A model generated the notes under the pieces. That model did not search any database and was not told where the DNA came from. It was given only the letters and a program-made list of their open reading frames with translations. The position numbers were made by a program, and so were the translations under genes. From an uncultured Pseudomonadales bacterium (lineage in GTDB: Bacteria; Patescibacteriota; Microgenomatia; UBA1400; MFAQ01), in assembly GCA_964513845.1 (NCBI GenBank), contig CAZENT010000005.1:41590-105589 (forward strand): a DNA stretch of 64,000 nucleotides, in the 5' to 3' direction. Position 1 is the first letter of the stretch. Each line of letters opens with the position of its first letter. This document shows positions 59,348 through 64,000 of this stretch, one piece after another.

Positions 59348-60373
59348 TTAAATGATGGCTAACCAGATACCAAAGATAACTAACATAATGCCCACAAGCC
59401 AGGCTCTTTGAACAATTTTCGGTTCTGACCAGCCAATCTTTAAAAGAAAGTAATGAAGTGGAGCTATGGGAAAAATGCGGCGATGAAAAACTTTGACCCA
59501 GAAAATTTGAAGAACACTACTTAAGCCATCAATAAGAAAGGGAAGTCCAATGATAAGCAGAGCGATGACTTTGCCAGTAAGTAAACCCACCGTGGCAAAT
59601 GTGGCACCAAAGGCCAAAGAGCCAACATCGCCCATAAATAGACGCGCAGGAAAAACGTTGAAATAAAGAAAGGCAATTAACCCTCCGAGCCAAAGAGCAA
59701 TAAAGATCGACAATGGAGTGTCGAGAATAGAGGTGGAAAGGAGTAAAAAGCCGAATAAACTAATCATTAATAAACCGGAAGCCAGACCATCCATACCATC
59801 AGTAATGTTGACGGAGTTGGCAAAGACAACCACAAGAAATGCTGCCAGAGGAACAAACCAAAAACCAAAATGGATAACACCGAAGAAGGGAATGTGAATA
59901 ATTTCGATGCCTAGATTGAGATACAACATTGCTCCAATAATGAGACCAAGAGTGATTTGAATTAAGAACTTATATCGAGTTTTGAGTCCGGTGTAACCCT
60001 CTTCCCTATCAAGCTCAAAGAACTTGACGATGTCGTCGTATAATCCGAGCAATCCGAAGGAAACAAAGGTAAAGAAAATCACATTAATCTCGTCATTTAT
60101 TGGATAGACATGGGTAATTTCAAAACCGAGCCTTTTGAGAAGAGGCATGGCAAAAGCAAAAATTAGACTGGTGATGACGATAATGAGCAGTCCCCCTCCC
60201 TCAGGCGTACGCGACTTGGAGCGGATATGAATTGAGGCTTCGTCTGTTTTGTCTTCGGAAATAGCAGACTTGTTTTTAAAAAACTTAAGTCGGTATAAGA
60301 AATTAACAAAGGGGACGATGGCTAGAGCGTGGATGATGAAGGAGAAAATTAAGATACCAAGTAGTAAATCCAT
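59348..60373 (-). CDS. mraY: Phospho-MurNAc-pentapeptide transferase MraY (divergent motifs)
   Basis: TPEGGG, GLYDD, NSVNITDGMDGL, PARLFMGDVGS, GWSEPKIV. Confidence 0.88.
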   Translation of the reverse strand: MDLLLGILIFSFIIHALAIVPFVNFLYRLKFFKNKSAISEDKTDEASIHIRSKSRTPEGGGLLIIVITSLIFAFAMPLLKRLGFEITHVYPINDEINVIFFTFVSFGLLGLYDDIVKFFELDREEGYTGLKTRYKFLIQITLGLIIGAMLYLNLGIEIIHIPFFGVIHFGFWFVPLAAFLVVVFANSVNITDGMDGLASGLLMISLFGFLLLSTSILDTPLSIFIALWLGGLIAFLYFNVFPARLFMGDVGSLAFGATFATVGLLTGKVIALLIIGLPFLIDGLSSVLQIFWVKVFHRRIFPIAPLHYFLLKIGWSEPKIVQRAWLVGIMLVIFGIWLAII

Positions 60374-60742
60374 TTAAATAAGGTTAATTATTTTTGGTAA
60401 GAAAATGAAAAGCGCAACGACAATTGAGAGAGTGGCAGAGATGAGAACCATGGCGGCAGAAACATCTTTGGCAGTTTTGGCATCGGCCCTGCGCTCGAGA
60501 GTAATGAGATCAACCATAGCTTCAATGGAAGTGTTGACCATCTCAGCGACCAAAACCGTGTTGATAGTAAAAATAAGAATAAGCCATTCAAATGAACTAA
60601 CGGAGAAATAGATTCCCAAAAGAACCACCACAAAAGTGGCTAAAAGATGAAAACGAAAGTTCGGCTGGGTGCGAACGGCATAAATAAAGCCGTCAAAGGC
60701 GTGTTTGAAACTGACTCGATGGATCCTAAAAGGATTTTGCAT
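60374..60742 (-). CDS. dgkA: DgkA-family (undecaprenol/diacylglycerol) kinase
   Basis: SF.HA..G, NFRFH, EMVNTSIEAMVD, AKDVSAA; start moved to ATG 60742. Confidence 0.88.
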   Translation of the reverse strand: MQNPFRIHRVSFKHAFDGFIYAVRTQPNFRFHLLATFVVVLLGIYFSVSSFEWLILIFTINTVLVAEMVNTSIEAMVDLITLERRADAKTAKDVSAAMVLISATLSIVVALFIFLPKIINLI

Positions 60743-60764
60743 GTGATTATATTTTAGCAGTCTA

Positions 60765-62441
60765 TTAAAGCAATAGTTGTTTGGCAATGGCAAACCAAAG
60801 AGGAGCGGCTGTTTCTGAACCCCATGGAGAGGTTTTGGGCTCTCGCAGAGTTACTAGCATGGTGTACTGCGGATTATTGGCCGGATAAAAACCGACAAAG
60901 CTGGCGATTGTTTTTTCGGCATCGTAGTGACCTTCGATTGGAATTTGGGCAGTCCCCGTTTTACCTGCAACAACGAGCCCTTGAGGTTTGGCCCACTTGG
61001 CTTCTCCCATGTCGACAGCTTGAACCATAATTTGAGTAATTTCACCAACGGCTTCTTTAGAAAGAACCATTTTCCCTTTACCCACCTCATTTTCAACGAC
61101 CGTAGGCTTGATATAAAAACCACCATTAGCAATAGTGTTGACCGCGGCAACCATTTGAAGAGGGGTGACAGCAATACCTTGGCCGAACGAGTTGGTGGCT
61201 AGATCGATATCACCATAGTCTTTGGCATCGCGAATGGTTCCCGATACCTCCTCTTGCAATTGAATTTCGGTTTTCTTACCTAAACCATATTTCTTTAGAT
61301 ACTCAACAAACTTATTTTTACCTAATTTTCTCGCGACAAAAACCATACCGGTGTTGTCGGAGTTGATGATGGTTTCGGTCATGGTGGTGTTGGCATGATA
61401 GACTTCATTCCAGGTTTTGATGGCGTACTTGCCGATAACCAAAGGACGGTCACAGATATCACACTGTGTTTCGGGAGTGACAACTTTTTCATTTAATCCG
61501 GCCGCCATAATTAAAACTTTAAACACTGACCCTGGCTCAAAAAGGTCGGCTACATTGGGATTTTTGTAACTCGTGTTCGGAAACTCGGAAAAACTTGTTG
61601 GGTCGTAGTTTGGAAATGAGGCCATAGCTCTCACCTTGCCTGTTTTTGACTCAAGAATAATGACATTGCCGGCTGAGGCTTGGTATTTCTCAATGCCTTC
61701 TTTGAGCATGTTCTCGGTAAGGTACTGAATTTTCTTGCTGATGGTGGTCGTGATTGGCTTGCCCTCAATGGCATGAAGGAACTGATAGTTGCCAATCAAA
61801 ATAGGATTGCCCTTGGCGTCCTTTTCGGTTCTCACCTTGCCTCCCCGACCGCGCAAAAGACGATCTTGGTATCCTTCCAGACCAAAATAGCCCTGTTCCT
61901 CTCCAGCAGCATCCTGACCAACAAAACCCAAGAGGTGAGCGGACATACTGGCTTCAGGGTAAAAACGCACATACTCGTCTTCAAAACCTAGGCCAGCAAT
62001 TTCTAGCTTTTCGATGCGCTCTTTGGCCTCTGGAGAAAGATAATGCTTGAGAGAAACCCAGTTTGAATCAAGAGATAGTCTGTCTTTGAGATACTGGCGA
62101 ATGTCGGACTCCCCCGTTGCTTCAGGATCTTTGTCAAGATTTTCGATTAACTTTTCGATAAGATCGTTGTTGCCAATTGTCAGCTGGGGTTTGTAAACAA
62201 AAAGATGATAAAGATTTTTTGTACCGGCAAGAATATTTCCTTCGAAGTCTAGAATGTTTCCCCTTTTGGCCTCGAGATATGTAGTGGTTTCGTGCTGTCG
62301 ACTGGCTTTGGTTTGCAGTTCCGGCCCACGAATAATCTGCCAGTAAAATAATCTGGCTAGAATTACAAAACAAATTACAGGAATAAGAAAGATAACAATT
62401 TTTAGGCGCTTTTGGATAAGGTTACCCTGTGAGTTTAGCAT
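60765..62441 (-). CDS. ftsI: Class B penicillin-binding protein (FtsI/PBP3-like)
   Basis: RGNILD, RFYP, GLE, EPGSVFK (SxxK), SDN (SxN), KTGTAQ. Confidence 0.88.
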   Translation of the reverse strand: MLNSQGNLIQKRLKIVIFLIPVICFVILARLFYWQIIRGPELQTKASRQHETTTYLEAKRGNILDFEGNILAGTKNLYHLFVYKPQLTIGNNDLIEKLIENLDKDPEATGESDIRQYLKDRLSLDSNWVSLKHYLSPEAKERIEKLEIAGLGFEDEYVRFYPEASMSAHLLGFVGQDAAGEEQGYFGLEGYQDRLLRGRGGKVRTEKDAKGNPILIGNYQFLHAIEGKPITTTISKKIQYLTENMLKEGIEKYQASAGNVIILESKTGKVRAMASFPNYDPTSFSEFPNTSYKNPNVADLFEPGSVFKVLIMAAGLNEKVVTPETQCDICDRPLVIGKYAIKTWNEVYHANTTMTETIINSDNTGMVFVARKLGKNKFVEYLKKYGLGKKTEIQLQEEVSGTIRDAKDYGDIDLATNSFGQGIAVTPLQMVAAVNTIANGGFYIKPTVVENEVGKGKMVLSKEAVGEITQIMVQAVDMGEAKWAKPQGLVVAGKTGTAQIPIEGHYDAEKTIASFVGFYPANNPQYTMLVTLREPKTSPWGSETAAPLWFAIAKQLLL

Positions 62442-62444
62442 TGA

Positions 62445-62753
62445 TTATCTTTGGGCAAAGGTCGGGGCGGTAGGCACAAAGACAATGTTTTTTGATCTTA
62501 TGAACCCTCTTTCGGCGGCCAGTGCTTCAATATTTTTTAGCTGGGAGGCTTCTTCGATCTTAACAGAGATAATCTGATTTTCTTTTTCTAGTTTGAGAGT
62601 TTGAGTTTCGGCTTCACTGACAGCAATACCTTCTGTAGATAGAGCGTTGGTGCCGATTAGATTAAAGGCGGCAAGACCAACAAAAACAACCGCGGTGATA
62701 GTAAGGGCGGTTTTGTAGTTAATTATTTTTTTTAGCGAGTCTAAGTTTGGCAC
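62445..62753 (-). CDS. FtsL-like protein
   Basis: TM plus coiled coil, IEALA..RG; between rsmH and the PBP gene. Confidence 0.65.
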   Translation of the reverse strand: MPNLDSLKKIINYKTALTITAVVFVGLAAFNLIGTNALSTEGIAVSEAETQTLKLEKENQIISVKIEEASQLKNIEALAAERGFIRSKNIVFVPTAPTFAQR

Positions 62754-63654
62754 TTCTGGTTCTAGAACTGATTAATAATTCAGATGACGATGGTACGATC
62801 GGTTTTTCGTTAATAGCGCTAATTTCACCTTTGGCTTCTTCTGAGTTGAAAAAATCTTTGACTAGTTTGTCTTCACCGGAGTGGAAGCTAATAAGCCCTA
62901 GAATTCCGTCTTTTTTAAGAAGACTGGGCAACTGGGGAAGAAGCAAGTTGATGTTTTCTCTTTCCAAGTTGACGACCATACGGAGAGCCATAAAGACTTG
63001 AGTGGCTGGATGAATTCTTCCTGGACGACCTTTTTTGACTCTATAAACCAGATCGGCTAACTGTTTAGTGGTTTTGATGGGGTTTATTTGTCTTTGTTTG
63101 GCGATGACACGGGCAAGGGGTTTAGCAAAGGGTTCGTCTCCTAAAGTAAATAAATCGGCAAGCTCTCCCTCGTTGAGTACAGCAAGAAGATCAGCGGCGG
63201 TGACGCCAAGATCTTTGGTGAGTCGCATATCAAGAGGCTCGTCTGTGGCAAAACTAAAGCCACGGTCGGGTGAAAGAACTTGAAACTGGGAAGGTCCAAG
63301 GTCGACCATAATGCCGTCGAATTTGGGAAGGTCTAGTTTTTTGGCTATTTCGCCCACTTTGGTGAAATTGCTTCTGATAATGATCCATTGAAAGTCTTTT
63401 GGAGCCGGAAGAGAGATGTTTTCGGATTCGAAAACAAGAGGTGAAAACTCGGCAGGAACAAAACTAACAGCTCTTTTGATGGCTTCGGTGTCAATGTCGA
63501 AAGAAACGACTCGACATCCGGCTTCGAGAGCTTCCTGAGTATGTCCACCATCCCCGAGAGTTAAATCTAGAAAGAGATAGTCTTTCTTAAATCCATAAAG
63601 CTTGGTTAGCTCGCCTTTGTAGGCAGAAAAATGTCTTTCAATTGTGTTGGTCAT
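62719..63654 (-). CDS. rsmH: 16S rRNA m4C1402 methyltransferase
   Basis: DLTLGDGGH, DLG.S..Q, RGFSF, PLDMR, HPAT.VF.ALR, SFHSGED, RSAKLR. Confidence 0.95.
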   Translation of the reverse strand: MTNTIERHFSAYKGELTKLYGFKKDYLFLDLTLGDGGHTQEALEAGCRVVSFDIDTEAIKRAVSFVPAEFSPLVFESENISLPAPKDFQWIIIRSNFTKVGEIAKKLDLPKFDGIMVDLGPSQFQVLSPDRGFSFATDEPLDMRLTKDLGVTAADLLAVLNEGELADLFTLGDEPFAKPLARVIAKQRQINPIKTTKQLADLVYRVKKGRPGRIHPATQVFMALRMVVNLERENINLLLPQLPSLLKKDGILGLISFHSGEDKLVKDFFNSEEAKGEISAINEKPIVPSSSELLISSRTRSAKLRLAKKNN

Positions 63655-64000
63655 AAGTCAATTGCGGCTAAGCCTTGGTCGGCTTGGTTAATTGTTTGCG
63701 CTATTAAGTCAAGGTGCTCGTGATAGGCGTCTCTGTCCCAGATTTCAATTCTGGTAAGGGTTCCGGCGACTACCACCTGTTTTTTTATACTGACTTGATC
63801 TCTGAGATGCTCTGGTATGAGTGTCCGACCCTGCGCGTCCAGATTCAATTCCACGGCGGACTGCACTAATAGACGCGTCAAGTTCCGAGCTCCCGGATTG
63901 GTTAGTGAGAGCGAGGCCAGCTTTTCGGAAAGCTTCTGCCAGTATGATTTGGGAAAAAGAAATAGGCAGCCATCGAGTCCCCAGGTGATTACGCCACCTG
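63651..64000 (-). CDS. mraZ: MraZ (5' end outside the window)
   Basis: Frame extends to the window edge: VITWGLDGCLFLFP..W...LDAQGRTLIP..LR...RIEIW. Confidence 0.92.
   Translation of the reverse strand, partial: GGVITWGLDGCLFLFPKSYWQKLSEKLASLSLTNPGARNLTRLLVQSAVELNLDAQGRTLIPEHLRDQVSIKKQVVVAGTLTRIEIWDRDAYHEHLDLIAQTINQADQGLAAIDL

Overview
Chromosomal segment of a small-genome bacterium. Gene content, tight packing and the lack of biosynthetic genes suggest Patescibacteria/CPR, probably Microgenomates-like (inference); genetic code 11. Housekeeping genes include dnaE (5' part), gatCAB, htpX-lemA, polX, tgt/queA, pyk, gmk, lepB, parB, rplU/rpmA, rodA, ileS, dinB and a reduced dcw cluster (mraZ-rsmH-ftsL-pbp-dgkA-mraY-ftsW-murG-ftsQ-ftsA-ftsZ). 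There is also an ~11 kb surface-glycan locus, four tRNAs (Asp-GTC, Thr-CGT, Gly-CCC, Val-CAC) and an ileS T-box. No integrase, transposase, phage genes or CRISPR array were seen. The most notable signals are non-coding. (1) An ~90-100 nt two-hairpin element with compensatory base changes lies just behind the terminators of both tRNA-Asp and tRNA-Val, with ends copied from the T-arm/3' end of its own host tRNA. (2) An orphan, highly structured ~260 nt transcription unit sits at 50.2-50.4 kb. (3) The ileS T-box has an ultra-short Stem I coupled to an intrinsic terminator, and IleRS carries the swapped GVHH signature. (4) A palindromic repeat is inserted in frame in gatB. (5) The tRNA-Thr CCA overlaps the tgt start codon. 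(6) Leaderless promoter-start architecture is pervasive. All structures were paired by eye; no searches or folding programs were run.
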